Shown here one piece after another: positions 1 to 13,769 of a stretch of DNA of 64,000 nt. Below the pieces are notes generated by a model. It made no database searches, was not told the origin of the DNA, and saw nothing but the letters and a program-made list of their open reading frames with translations. Origin of the DNA: Octopus bimaculoides (lineage: Eukaryota); the NCBI RefSeq assembly GCF_001194135.2, contig NC_068981.1:103791617-103855616 (forward strand), read 5' to 3'. The stretch's first letter is position 1. Every line of letters begins with the position of its first letter. The position numbers and the translations under genes were made by a program.

Positions 1-40
1 ATATATATATATGTATTTGTAGACACACACATAAACATAT

Positions 41-470
41 GTGCAAGCACATGATCTAGTGGCAAGAGTGTTGCACTCAATACCTTGTGATTATGGTTTT
101 GAATCCCAGGTCAGGTCATGCATCTTGCCCTTGAGCAAAACAGATTCATGTTTCTCTGCAATCACATTCACACATGATGCAAGGCACACCATGCACCTGT
201 GCAGGCAATGATGATTTGATGGGAGGGAGTGAGCTATTGTACAGCATAAATATTTGTGCTGTATATATAAACAAATCACCTGTGCAGGTTGACATCCATT
301 TGTCGTTTACAACAGGTGAGTCCACCACACATATATATAAGCAGGGCACCACACTGCTTCATGCTGGTGTTCAAGTTAGTAGGTAATGTTCATCAGATAA
401 GGAGTGAGTAACAGGTTTGATGATACGACAGAAAAATAGAAATCAAAGTATCAATATGTACATTGTTTTA
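41..470 (+). mobile_element. Old tRNA-derived SINE
   Basis: A-box-like tgatctagtggcaagagtg and B-box-like ggttttgaatccc. A reverse-oriented relative lies at 21727-21968. Confidence 0.55.
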
Positions 471-589
471 TTTCTCTAACAGAAGTTACAGATTGACTCA
501 GGGGAAGAGTTTTGTGCACTGCCACCTATCACCGTGCCATTGTATGAAACTCTTAACACATTCCCTGTTTGTATCAGCAAACCTGTATA

Positions 590-910
590 TATCATCATCA
601 TCATCATTTAACCCATGCCATCCATGCTGGCATGGGTTGGGTGATTTGACAGCAGCTGGTTGAGCAGAAGACTGCACCAGACTTCTGTGTCGGTTTTGGC
701 AGGGTTCTTGTAGCTGGATGCCCTTCCTAATACTGACAACCCCACAGAGTGAACTGAGTGCTTTTTACGTGGCACCAGCACAGGCAAGGTCAGTTTTGGC
801 ATGGTTTTTACAGTTGGATTCCCTTCCAAATGCCTACCACTTTAGTGTGTGGACTGGATGCTTTTTACATGGCACCAGCACTAGCAGGGTCATGAAGTAA
901 GTTGAAAGAC
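590..910 (-). mobile_element. RTE-type 3' end with (TGA)n tail
   Basis: Reverse strand reads ggaagggcatccagct...cccatgccagcatgg...aaatgatgatgatg, the same tail as the RTE copies at 8553 and 53905. Confidence 0.7.
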
Positions 911-934
911 AACGAACCCTTGTATATATATATA

Positions 935-2070
935 TTGGGTCATCCCATAAATAATGCAGTTTTTTTATACTTCTTTTATTTTTCAAAATTAAGATAAACA
1001 AAGTTCTTTTTTAATCTAAAATATACTCCTCATTTTCTACAATGCTCTTTCATCTACCTGGTAGACTTGCAAGGCCCTTCTTCCAAAATTCACTTATCCA
1101 TGATGAAAAGTACTCCTCCAATACAATTCTGACCTCATCTACAGAATTCATATTATTTCTGTCAAAATGATTTTGAAAACTACAGAATAAATGATAATCA
1201 GATGGGGCAATGTCCATCAAATATGTGGGTGGGACATCGTTTCTCATTCAAACTGCTCCAGGCTTTAGAATATCATCTTTGCTGTATGTGGCCAAGCATT
1301 ATCCTGATGGAAGAACACCTTTCGTCTTGAAACCAAATATGCTCGTTTTTCTTCTGGCGCTGATTTAAGCTACTCAAGCTGCTTGCAGTAGATCTCCTTT
1401 GTCATCGTTTGTTTTGGGTTTAAAAGTTCAAAGTGGATTAAACCTTTCATATTTCACCAAACAGATAACAGCACGTTACGTGAGTGAAGACCTTCTTTAG
1501 CCTGGGGTGCTGGTGTTTCTCCTTTCCCTACTCACTGTCTTCAGTTCTTGACATTTTTATAGAGAACCTCTTTCTCCATTTCTCATCACCAGTCACTATT
1601 TGGTCCAAAAAAGATTCATTCGTGAGACGTGACAGCAAAGAAGAGCACTCGTTCACTCTCTGTGCGTGATAAAACTTGGAAAGGTTGTGAGAAACTCATT
1701 GACCCAATTTGCTGACTTTTCTGATGGTATGCAGGTGTCGATGAATGGTTGAATGAGTAAATTCAAGCTTCTCTGCTAGTTCATAAACAGTTACAATGGG
1801 ATTTTCTTCTACCAGAACATTCTCATCGAGCTCTACAGATCTTCTAGGATGAGGCTCGTCTCCTAGGCTGTAGTTTCCAGCTCAGAATTTCTGGAACCAC
1901 TATTGACACTAGCTTACGCTTATTGTCCAATCCCCATATACTGCATTAGTATTCCTTGAACTTTCCGTTGCGTTGTTGTCTTTGTTGAACTCATAAAGCA
2001 TAATATGCCGAATATGCTCCTTTGTCTCTTCCATTATAGCTTTGAAAAAATAGGTGTTATAATTGAACTG
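935..2070 (-). mobile_element. Mariner (DD34D-type) transposon fossil; transposase 2034 to 1011, disrupted
   Basis: MEETKEHIRHIMLYEF start, FLDQIVTGDEKW, HQDNAWPHTAK, DIAPSDYHLF, EEYILD*. One TIR (ttgggtcatcccataaataatgc) sits next to TA at 935; the other end is missing. Confidence 0.9.
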
Positions 2071-2329
2071 CACCATGCTGGAGCACCTATTATAATAAAA
2101 ATCATAATTCTTGTTGAATACAGCTACCCAGGTTGAAGCATTAATTTATTTCACCATTTTTCAAGCTCAGAACAAGACCGTTTGTCAGTTGCTTTTCTAA
2201 ACAGATGACATTTAAACAAGGGATACTGATAAGGAATAAGACAAAAAATAAAACACAAAGGAGATAACCAACATTACAATAAACAGTGTCAAAGATGTAA
2301 ACAAGACGTTAATGGGTTACTATGTGTCT

Positions 2330-2600
2330 GATACCTTATTTTTAAATTCCACCGAGATGTATTTTTTAAAATGTGGATATACAGAAAAAGATCTCATTCC
2401 TGGAACTTTCTCATTCCCAAGTTCTTTAAGAGGTATAGTTTTGCAAGAGAACATACTGAGCATCTTTTTGACCAGTTAACATAGGGTTTGGATTTGGAGA
2501 GGGTTTTCAAGATGTTGTATAAATGGAAAAGATGATGGTAAAGAGTAGTGAGTGATTCCCTGCAACATAAATTACAAAACAATGGTCAGTGTTGTACAAG
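2330..2600 (-). mobile_element. Penelope-like element, GIY-YIG C-terminal remnant
   Basis: TTLYHHLFHL...LSKSKPYVNWSKRCSVCSLAKLYLLKN...RNEI resembles the PLE motif KAKPYxxxSKRCxLCxxEKxxI...RSE. Confidence 0.55.
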
Positions 2601-5486
2601 GAAACCCCACAAATTATAGACCAGGATAAGGCATAGGGAATGTCCAGGAACTTGAGGTGTAGTATATATGTTACCTAGGGAGGAAGAGGCTCTATTTGAG
2701 AATGAATTGAGAGGAGCCTAGTAGCAGTGCTGGAAGTCAGTGGTACTGCCTAGAAGGAACATGGGATTATTACCCCACATTTATATTTGACAATATAGCA
2801 TAAACGAAATACATCTATTGGACACGGTTGGGAGACCCAATAGTTACAGGTTTTCCCATTAGCGATGGGCTTAGAATTAATCCCTATTCCATGCTGATTC
2901 ATATGATCAGTTATCCTTGAAGTAAGACCAAAGGTATTATCGTTACTAGTATGGGGCTAGGAGAGGGCATCACTGCAGTCACATGTGATAGGGTTACAAG
3001 TACTAGGTGTGATGGTACTTGTATTGCTAGTGTTGAAGTGGGCAAGATTCCTGAAGCTCATAGTATTAGTATCTAACAGGTGAGTAGTTTGTAGGGCCTG
3101 TTTCACTCTCTCTATAGACACGCATGTACACGCACACAGACACACACACACACACACATGTAAATGAAGGACTTGCACACAATTTTTGTCTACCAAATCC
3201 ATTCACAAGGTATTGATCTGACCATGGTGTTGTGCAGTGTGATTGAACCCAAAACCTCATGGTTGCAAAATGAACTTCTTAACCTCACAGGTATCCCTGT
3301 GCCTCATTCTTACAGGAATAGTGTGTTCAGGCTGTATTAGTCCTTTTATAAGATTGTAGGATGTGGTTTGAGGGAGATTTAACTGCTGTTTCTTGCTAGA
3401 TGAGAGTGACTACATATGGGATCTCTAATTAAATAATAGAAAGAAAAAAAGGTATTTTAAATATTGGTAGTAGTAATAGTGATGCTATTGACTCAACTGA
3501 GGTAGTTAATGCATCTGTAAACTACTGTTCTAAATTTATAAAAAAAAAGGTGGGGGATTAAGGGTTGTTGAGAGAGAGAAAGAGAGAGACAGAGGTCATA
3601 ACATTCTGGTGAAAAGTTTAAGCAGACTTAGGTGGAAAAATAAATAGATCTATTCCTATGTACTACAAGGCTCTTGGTATTAGGGCTTCAATGCTACTGA
3701 ATCTTAATGGTTTTGGAAGACAGATATACACAGAATTCAGAGGAGTTACTCTGACATGCAAACACTTTCTCATCAGTTCTTATCTAAATCTAATTGTGCA
3801 TATGTCTTGTGTAACTTTTTACTCATCTACATCTTGTAAATATAATAATAATTGTTTCTTTCTTCATGTGAATAATAATGATAATGATAATTATGATAAC
3901 AATAAAGCTAAATACAAGCTGTGTCCAAAGGTAAAGATAGAAATCAAGGGAGAGGCAGTAAAAGCAAGCAGTTGACAAATAACACATGTAGAATGATTAA
4001 TTTGAAACAAAGCCCTTGGAATCATAGTGGAAAATAAATATCTAGAGGTTGTAACACACACTTCCACAATTCCAAGCATCGTTTTGGGTGTTTTGTGCTT
4101 TGTTTTTTTCTTTCTTTTGATAACCATCTTTTCATATTCGCATTTCTACTTTAGTAAGTTCTTGAGTAAGACTATTAAGTATGCTCTCAGCAGTGAGTCA
4201 AGGTCATAGATAATGCAAGCTGTCTGAATTTTTCTTATTACAATTTAGCTAAAATATGGTGAATTTATATGACTACTTTGATTTTAAGTAATAATCAACT
4301 TGAGCAGGGCAAAGTACTGCTACTAGTTCTTGATACAGTCAAATCTCCATTATAGTCTATAGAAAAATGTATATAACTGTGGAAGCTTATTTATTAATTC
4401 ATTGATTTTGGGCTCTAAAATTGAAAACTATATTATATTCCCCAATAGTTGATATTGCTTAGTCCTAATTCAACCCTAGTTCAGTGGGGTATGATCAAAG
4501 AAATTGATGCCACCTTTTAATTTTATATGCTGTATCTATAGCGACATTCTCTTATGTGTCCTTCTCATTTTTTTTTTATCAAGATATTGGCATTGAATTT
4601 GAGAAAGATTTGGCAACTATATCTAGCAAATTGAGCAATTATGTAAGGCTTCTCTGAAGCATTTCTGAAGCGTATTAGTGGTGCAGAACAGTGATTAGCT
4701 CTCCACATTCTGAGTTAAATTGCCTCATGGGCCATTTTCACTTAACTGATTACTTTTAAAGTATCTTCTAAACTAAATCAATAAGAGATAGGAGAGAGAT
4801 GAGCTCCGAATGCTTACTTATGGATGTGAAATACTTGATGGTGATCCAATAACCTATTAAGGTTCTGTTTTAATTTCATACAACGTATAGATGTGTAAAA
4901 CATCATATTTGAAAATATTTACTGCAACAATCTACTTGCAACATATATCTCCATTGTAGGCAGAACCACTTTGTATGATAGTTGCCATCAGTTCCATTTA
5001 AATTGCCTGCTAGTTGCAGATTTATAATCTATAATGAAATCCATATCTACTAAATAACTTTCAACATGGGCATTCTGTATTAAGTACAACAGAGTTCATA
5101 TTCACACCCACCAATTTCAACAATTGATAGTATGGTAGTATTTATGAATATTTGGATTTTTCAAATTTGTACTGTTAGAGATAATTGTAAAATTTCTAAC
5201 TTTATTTTTTATTTATTGTTTCTCTTATTACATCAATGTAGATCACATTAAAAAAAACTGACTCTTTGATCATCACAAATTTCTGTTCAGGTAAAATTTT
5301 AATGAAATATTTCAGCACAATTTTGTAAGAATTTGTTTTGTGCAAATTGTTCTCTCCTCATTTTGGTGTTTGTATGTTTTACATCTTTTTCCCATATTGA
5401 ATTTTCCAAATTTCATAAATTTGTAAAAGTTTCTTCACTGAGTGAAGTAACTTTTGCAAATTTGTGCATTTTATATATTGTTTGTG

Positions 5487-5830
5487 AAGGTGCATGGCTC
5501 AGTGGTTAGAGCATTGGGATTACAATCATGAGGTAATGAGTTCAAATCCCCAGACCAAGCTGTGTGTTGTGTTCTTGAGCAAAACACTTTATTTCACATT
5601 GCTCCAGTTCACTCAGCTGTAGAAATGAGTTGCAATGTCACTGGTGCCAAACTGCATCAACCTTTGTCTTTCCCAAGAATAACATCTGTGGCATGGAGAG
5701 GGGAGGCTGGTATGCATGGGTGACTGCTAGTCTTCCACAAATAACTACTTGGACTTGTGCCTCGGAGGGGAACCTTCTAGGTGCAATCCCATAGTCATTC
5801 ATGACTGAAGGGGGTCTTTACCCGTTACAT
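5487..5830 (+). mobile_element. tRNA-derived SINE
   Basis: ggctcagtggttagagca (A box) and gagttcaaatccc (B box), then ttcttgagcaaaacact...ctccagttcactcagctg core. Confidence 0.7.
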
Positions 5831-5958
5831 ATTGTTAGAACAAGACTGTTCAGTTAGTAAGCCCTTCACAACTCTAACCATTCAGCCTAAAATTAGAAAC
5901 ATATCCATTTTTTAGTCAGGCAGATTGTATCAAAGTCCAGTTTGTGTTCAAATAAGGT

Positions 5959-6200
5959 TTAACCCTTCAACATTCAGATTACTTTGTCAAATATAATAAA
6001 TATAATGCTTATTCATTCACATTGTTTTGAATCAGTCATGCATTATGTTATTTATAGCTTTGAGATTTAGATGATGTGATTGTTTATTTTTAGAGTGACA
6101 TTGCAGGATAAGGTGCAAGAGGCTGAATCTGGTCAGTTTGAATACAAAATGGGCAGAATATTTTGGCCAGATGTAGCCAGTTTAAATGCTAAAAGGTTAA
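5959..6200. mobile_element. piggyBac-type MITE
   Basis: TTAA-CCCTT...AAAGG-TTAA termini. Related copies at 6322-6550, 37171-37776 and 57116-57343. Confidence 0.7.
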
Positions 6201-6321
6201 ATTCATAACCATATTGTCAAGCTACTACTACCTTTATGCTTTAAAACTTCGATATTCTTCTTTGTGTCTCCTATTGTTATTGTTTGTGGTGGATGGCAGA
6301 ATTGACAGGGCCCTGCAGTGT

Positions 6322-6550
6322 TTAACTCTTTAGCATTTAAATTGGCCAAGTCTGGCCAAAATATTCTTCCTGCATTATGCTCATACTTTCCAGATCCAGC
6401 CTCTCACACTTACCCAACAATGTTAGCCCTGATGAATATACAGTCATGTCATGAAAATCTCAAGGCTACAAGATAATGCATGAGTAATTCAAAACAATGT
6501 CAATAAATAAATATTATATTTGATAGAGTAACCTGTATACTAGATGGTTC
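6322..6550. mobile_element. piggyBac-type MITE, same family, opposite orientation, right end decayed
   Basis: ttaactctttagcatttaaattggcc...; body is reverse-complementary to 5959-6200. Confidence 0.6.
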
Positions 6551-8552
6551 GTTACAACCATCAACATTTTGCATTTAAGTCCCAGCTGGAGTTGATTTTT
6601 GCCTTTCAACATTCTGAAATCATTAAAATGAATGCCAGTTAAGTACTATCTTTGGTTAAATCTATTGTACGCCTTCCCTGTCAAAATTGTAGATTTGTGC
6701 CAGTATTTTATTTACCATTCACATCTTGCAGGATGGATTTCTCAGCCCAGTGGGTAAGAAACAAGGATGTTATTCTCAGGCTAGTGATTTGGCTAAAATG
6801 CTTTTGATAGTGTAGGTAGTACTAAAAGCATCTAAGGACCAGGTGGTGGCAACTAAACAAGTTGACAATTTAGGTCAGCCTCTCCAGATCAGATACTGTT
6901 CAACTGACAGAAGTTTCTAGCTACCCAGTTTTTCCCACAAGGCTTTGATCAACTCGAGACTATGACAGAAGGATTGAATTTGAAATCATATAATTGTCAT
7001 GTACAGCTTTTAACGGCAGTGTAATGCTTATATTCAGGCAGTGAAGTGATTGGTTAGATATACAAAACCTTGAGATCATTATAGAACTAGTTAACATTAT
7101 CTGTAACCTTTTTGATTGATGTAGAAAACCTTAGGGATCAAAATCTTCCAGTCTAATCTTCCTTCTTGGTTTGATGCTTGTTGAACCCTTTGATATATTT
7201 ACTTTAGTTTTTATTTCCTCGTTACCAGCTGTGTATAACAAAGATTCTTGAAATTTTAAGAAATCTTTTGTATTTTCTACAAATTTCATTGGAAATCATT
7301 CTGTGAGTAGTTGTAAACTTTCAGCAAAGTATAGCTGCAATTTTGGTTTTGATTTTTGATCAAACCATTTTCATCTTTAATGTGTCTGTTTGTGTATAAA
7401 GGTGCTGAGTGATGAGCCAATAATCATTACAGGAAATGTTAATTTATTCATTGATGGATTCAGTAATATTGGCTTACACAATCTAATTCAAGCTTTATTA
7501 TGTAATACAAGACTTTCCTTCCTGATTTCTGAATAGGAATTATACCTATTTGAATCTCTGCTTTCAGTGCCATTCTGATGTCAAAATAGTGGAAGTGTGA
7601 AAGCTCACAATTGTTAAAAAAAAACAAAAAAACTGTATACGAACAACCTACATTAAAATTTATATCATTTTATATTTATATGTGTGTTGTACGTTTGGTA
7701 TAGATACATATACTACTGTACATAGTATAACATATGTTATACAGATGATGATAATGAAGATGTAATTTTAGAAAAAGGCATGTTGCTAAAAAGCTGAGGA
7801 AGAAGTAATAAATAGTTAGATCTACTCTAATTTCTGAGTAGTTAAGGAAATTGATTTTTCTTTCCCACTTAGCAGTGATATCCATCTGTAAAGCACCTGC
7901 TCTAAATATACATACCAATATCTGACTGTGGCTTGTGAATTACCATGTTCATTGTTATATGAATAGGTGGTGGGGGGTGGGGTATCTTTTTCATAAAAAA
8001 GGCAAAATAGACTATATATTAAAAAAAATATCTAGTGTATAGTTTTTATAGCATCAGCATCACCATCACCCCAACTACCACCACCACCATCGTCATCAGT
8101 TTTCCATGCTAGCATCGGTTGGATGAATTGACAGGAGCTGATGAGCCACAGGACCGCAAGAAGCTTCAATTACCTGGCACTACACACTGTTTTAATTGAA
8201 AATACTTTCAAAGCTCTTAGTGATGTTTACTCTTCAATGTCTCTGTTTCTGTTTTATTGCCATTCTACTTCAGTCATGATTTAGAAGGATTTAGTAAAAT
8301 ATCTATAACTTGCTTATTTTTTTAACTGGATCTTGAAGCATGTATAAAGCTATAAATAATAATATGTAGGTATTGAGTTAAAAAACCCTTTTAGATAGTA
8401 AAAGTCGATGGGTGCCTTTTGAGTTTTTCTATCCAAAAAGGGTTTTTCAACTCAATACTTACGTGCTATTAGTTATAGCTTTATATGTATTATGAGATCC
8501 ATTTCCAAAAAAGGATTATTTCACGTTCCCTCAAAAGTTCATAAATACTTAT

Positions 8553-9090
8553 GGCATCAACACATGGAAGTGGAAGACCCAGAAAGACATGGGTTGAAGT
8601 ACTGAAGAAAGACCTCAGGATGCTGAACTTTTCAGGTGAGATGACAAAGGACTGAGATGCCTGGTGCCTTGCTGTCCTCAAGAAGACTTGTACTCCACAG
8701 CAGAAGTGTAAAGCACTCCCTGGCAGTGTAAAGCACTCCCTGGCAGTGTAAAGCACTCCTGGCAGTGTCACTTAAAGCACCTGTACAGTGCCATGTAAAT
8801 GCACCCCTGTGGTATCACATAAAAGCACACATGTGGTGCCATGTTAAAGTATCTGTGCAGTGCCATGTAAAAGTGCACATGCAGTGGCCATGTCACAGAA
8901 AAGTGTCGATATGTGCCACATAAAAAGCACACAGCACATTGTAGAGTGGTTGGCATTATGAAGGGTATCTAGCCATGGAAACCATGTCAAATCAGACTGG
9001 AAGCGGGTGCAGCTCCCCAGCTTGCCAGCTCTGATCAAACCATCCAACCCATGCCAGTATGGACAATGGACATTAAATGATGATGATGAT
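8553..9090 (+). mobile_element. 5'-truncated RTE LINE (ORF end plus 3'UTR)
   Basis: HGSGRPRKTWVEVLKKDLRML...KD*DAW; 3'UTR tandem repeats; (TGA)n tail. Confidence 0.8.
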
Positions 9091-9574
9091 CAATAATCTA
9101 TAAGTTTATATATTTGTTTATATAGATGATTGATAAGCATAGCAATGAAACAGTGTGGTCATTGACAAAATCAACTTCACAACTGTGTAAAACTGTGCCC
9201 TTCTGGTAAAATTGAATATTAATTTTTGCCATTATAGCTTTACACATTATCTTACTGCTGCCATCCCTATCAATTGGATCATATGACAGTCCCTTTATGA
9301 TTGATTGACCTTCCAGGAAAAATAGCTATGTCTTTCTCAAACAACATCCTTCCAACTTGAAAAAACAAATCTGTCATTAGCCTCATCAAGACTCATAAGG
9401 CCAGATCTTAACATGTTAACTGCTTCATGTACCAATGGTGGTTCATTGCAGACTTCACACAACTGCCATATGCACCAATGGTGTACATTTTCATAATTTG
9501 AGCAAACATTTTATTTTATATCTTTGACATAATTTCAAGGATATTTAAATAACATAAGTGCTAAATACTGGGTT

Positions 9575-9965
9575 CAAATTTTGGCATAAGGACAGCAATT
9601 TCAGAGGAGGGGCTAAGTCAATTACATTGACCAGAGTGTTTAACTTGTACTTATTTTATTGATTCTCAAAGGATGAAAAGCAAAGCTGACCTCAGTGGAA
9701 TTTGAACTCAGAATGTAAATGCTGCAAAGTATTTTGCCTGGCATGCTAATGATTCTGCCAGCACATTGCCTTAGTAATAATATAATATTGATTTCAAATT
9801 TGCGGGGAGAGAGTAAGTCATTTCCATCAATCCCATTACTCAGCTGGTATTTATTTTATTGACCCTGAAAGGATGAAAGGCAAAGTCAAGCTCGGTGGAA
9901 TTTGAACTCAGTGTAAAGACATGAAATACCATTAAGCATTTTGCCTAACACGATACTGATTCTGT
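9575..9965 (-). mobile_element. Two head-to-tail copies of SINE family E (gagttcaaattc/ctttcatcc type)
   Basis: ggatgaaaagcaaagctgacc...gaatttgaactcag occurs twice. Other copies at 12295-12490 (+), 35015-35220, 35455-35670, 49560-49780 and 62040-62215. Confidence 0.7.
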
Positions 9966-10009
9966 CATAAACTGCTTTCAAATGCTAAATGTTAAAGTTT
10001 ATTTATGAA

Positions 10010-10393
10010 GGAGTGGCTGTGTGGTAAGTAGCTTGCTTACCAACCACATGGTTTCGGGTTCAGTCCCACTGCGTGGCACCTTGGGCAAGTGTCTACAACT
10101 GTAGCCTTGGGCTGACCAAAGCCTTGTGAGTGGATTTGATAGATGGAAACTGAAAGAAGCCCGTCGCATATATGTGTATGTGTGTGTTTGTGTGTCTGTG
10201 TTTGTCCCCCCCCCCCAACATCGCTTGACAACCGATGCTGGTGTGTTTACGTCCCCGTAACTTAGCGGTTCGGCAAAAGAGACTGATAGAATAAGTACTA
10301 GGCTTACAAAGAATAAGTCCTGGGGTCTATTTGCTCGATTAAAGGCGGTGCTCCAGCATGGCCGCAGTCAACTGACTGAAACAAGTAAAAGAG
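10010..10393 (+). mobile_element. Full-length young tRNA-derived SINE (family A)
   Basis: gagtggctgtgtggtaag...gggttcagtccc head, central (TG) tract, tail ggcggtgctccagcatggccgcagtcaactgactgaaacaagtaaaagag. Confidence 0.85.
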
Positions 10394-11233
10394 TACTGTA
10401 AAAAGAAATTACATTCAATTGTAATTAAACAGTATACAGTGTGACCGAAACATGTAGCATCACCAATAAGCTCCAGTGACAGGTCTTGGAAATTAGCATG
10501 TTAGCCAGGTTTCCAGAGAATATAAGGGACTCTCTCTTCCCATTGAAACACTGGTTTGTTGCCAGGTTGACTTCTTAGCTGGTGCTGGTGCTGGAACCCG
10601 TTTACAAAACTAAGTGGAGCAACATGAAATGAAGTGTTTTACTCAAGAATACAGCACAGGAATCAAAACTATGATATTTATGAATGTGATTGCAACACTC
10701 TTACCATTAGTTACATACCTTCACCTTTAAAAGATAAGGGCACACTGCTCAACAGTATAAGTTGGTCATAGTTGGATTGCCTTTGATCATAGGCATGCTT
10801 AGTCCAGACTAAACAACAACAACTTAAGGATTTTATCTCCATCTTTATTGTTGTTCTTGTTTTAAAGATTATCTTTATTATTATTGTTAACATCATCCTC
10901 ATCACCATTTTTAATTTTCCTTTGCAATAGCATGAAATTATTCCCTTGTCAGTTGGCATTGACACTAAATTCACAACCTTTAAATCTTGGCTAGATTTGG
11001 AAATAAGATGGCATAACAGTGAAAACACAAGTCCTCAAGTGGCCATCCCATTGACATGATTCATGTAAAACATTCACATTGCTTCCTTTTTTTTTCATCT
11101 GATTTTATTTCTCTAGTTTTCTAAAGAAAGGCAAAGAATAAGTTTGCATGGAATATCAGTCTTAGAAGAAAAATAAAAAAATCTTCCTAAAATGAATTTG
11201 GTTAAAATCCTTCGGGCACATTTGTTTTATCTT

Positions 11234-11268
<35 letters not shown>

Positions 11269-12651
11269 TTTTTTTTTTAAGTTCATTTGGTTTCTCAGAA
11301 GAATGAAATTTGTGTAGAAAGCAATAGAGTTTAGAAAAGAAATAATGTTAGAGAAAAATATATTAGATGCTGAATTGGTCGGTAACTACAAAAAGTATTG
11401 TACTTATGGAAAAGATGGAATACATCTATTTCTGCAATGCAAAGCACAAAGATTGTATTGCTAAATCTAAGATGCATGCTCTTAGGTGCAAAATAGTGAA
11501 AGCCAATCAGTCTACCTGGATGGCGGAGGTGTGATGTGACAACAACACCATAATGTGGCCTTTCATAATCCATCCTGTGTATGAGCTATTCAATTCTAAC
11601 AGTTGTTTGTGGTATTCCTGTCACAGTTTACTGGACTCTTTGAGGCAAGTAGTAGGGTGGAGACAGTGGATTTCAATTTCAACGTTGATGGTTTACTGTG
11701 AGGAGTTGGGGTACCACAAAAAGTAGATAACATTAGCTGAGATAAGGTAGGCACCAAGCAGTTGTGTGTGTGTGTGTGGGGGGNNNNNNNNNNNNNNNNN
11801 NNNNNNNNNNNNGGGGGGGGGGGGGGTAAATTGCTCTGTTTGGATTTTCTACCAGGAGAACTTTACGTATACATGCCAGACTTGTTTCCTAAAGTATTGT
11901 TAGGCATTTACAGCAGCTGGTTGCAGAACAAGACAGTTGTCGTTTTTCTGAGGTGGTGAGTTGTAGCACTACTGAGAAGTGATGTGAACATGGAAAATGT
12001 GTGTGTGGCGGGGTGGGGGGTGGATGTGAGTGTTCAATAATTTCAGTCCTGTAACTTATTAGTGAGTTTGAAACTGAGTGCCTTGAGAGGCAAGTTCATA
12101 CTGCTTAATGTATGTCACTTGACTGAAAGTCCAGTTTAGCTACAACCATACTGTGGATTGAGAACTACATTATTTCACATGTCGTCCTTTTAAAACACTA
12201 GGACATAATTTGAAAGAGACTTGCTTACTATTTCTAGCAGGTTGAGCAACTGTGTAGCAGCTTCTTGTTTGGTTCATCTTCTAATATTTGTTCAAGCTGA
12301 CAAAATCGTTAGCATGCTGGGCAAAATGCTTAGCAGCATTTCATCCGTCTTTATGTTCTGAGTTCAAATTCTGCTGAGGTTGACTTTGCCTTTCATCCTT
12401 TCAAGGTCAATAAAATAAGTACCATTTGAATGCTAGGGTCAATGTAATTGACTTACCCTCCCCCTTGTGCCAAAATTTGAAATCAGTATTCTTCTTGCTC
12501 AGTGTTATCAATCTATCAATGTTAATTGAACAAGATATCTACCTCTATCTAGCTGAGGAGCATACAACATATTCTGACTCAGAGTGTATAATCATATTGA
12601 GGGAATTGTGACATTCAGATGTTTGCTGATTTCTAGTTCTCTTTTGCTATC

Positions 12652-12710
12652 TCAGTTTTGTAACTTGATGTTGAATTTATTATGTTGCTTTACAAGACAT
12701 ACTTCAATGT
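12652..12710 (-). CDS. Candidate next or terminal exon of nested gene
   Basis: ctttattgcag|AC ATT GAA... phase 1 fits exon 14766. Either an 8-nt micro-exon (donor gtatgt at 12702) or terminal YIEVCLVKQHNKFNIKLQN*. Confidence 0.3.
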
Positions 12711-13519
12711 CTGCAATAAAGGATCTATGTTAGCAATTGTGATGTATTGCACGTATATACGTGTGTGTATGTCTGTGTATCATAAAAGTAGTTAAACTAC
12801 AGTTTGTAAAGCATTCCCTATCACAAATATAATTTATTCTTTTTTGTGCATTGAAAAATATAGGAGGCTGTCGTCACATGTTTTATAGTTTTTGACTACT
12901 CCCCAAAGGATAACAATCCTCTCCTCTTGTTGAGCTCAAAGAGAACATTATAGCAATTGACATGTGTACCAAGACACAAAATACATCTTAGCACAGAAAA
13001 CATGTGCGACCAATAGAATAAGTATTGGGTTGATTTGTTTGTCTAAACCCTTCAAAGTAGTGCCTTAGTGTGGACACAGTCCAATGACTGAAATATGTAA
13101 AAGATGAAAGATACACACACACACATATATGTGTATATATTATTTACATATTGTATATGTGAGAGTCTTTGAGAACCACAGATGACTGTATTAGTAGGTT
13201 TCTTGGACAACCAGTCAAGATGTCAGTAGTTAACGTCCTGTCAGCTTTTTTCCTACCATCCCAAAGACAAAAGATTTAAACTCTCACTAATCAAATAGGT
13301 ACTACAAGATTGTGTAATTCCTTGGTGTAGACTGCAGCTGCTACACTCTCAAATTGACAGGTGATATGTTGCTTTGTGTTGCTGACTTTATTCTTGTTAT
13401 GTCATGTTATGTAGTTCTAAGTTGTTGTTGTTTAACCCAAGGTTAGGTCTGATCAGGCAAACCTATGGTCAGTAACTTATTTCAGCTGTAACTCTCTCGT
13501 CCTTTAGTATATTACCATT

Positions 13520-13745
13520 TACCTTTTACTTGCTTCAGTCATTGGACTTCAACCATGCAGGGACACTACCTTGAAGGGTTTAGCCTAACAAGTCGACCTA
13601 GTAATTATGATATTTCCTTTTTAAGCCTTGTATTTATGTTATTAATCTCTTTTTGCCAAACTGCTAAGTTATGGGAACATTAACAAATCAACGGTGGTGG
13701 TAGGGAACCAAACACAAAGACTTACGTATACACACAAATATATAT
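13520..13745 (-). mobile_element. SINE family A, 3' part
   Basis: Reverse complement of the family A tail and body. Confidence 0.6.
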
Positions 13746-13769
13746 ATATATATATATATATAAAGTCAT

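Noticed and set aside
5242-7460. + strand mini-exon-like segments (5242-5290, 6732-6753, about 7402; also about 26952-26973)
   Set aside because: Short, no recognisable product, do not fit TMEM135, and are expected by chance in 64 kb.
11415-11535. MEYIYFCNAKHKDCIAK, resembling a FLYWCH/WRKY-type fragment
   Set aside because: Too short and lacks the downstream HxH.
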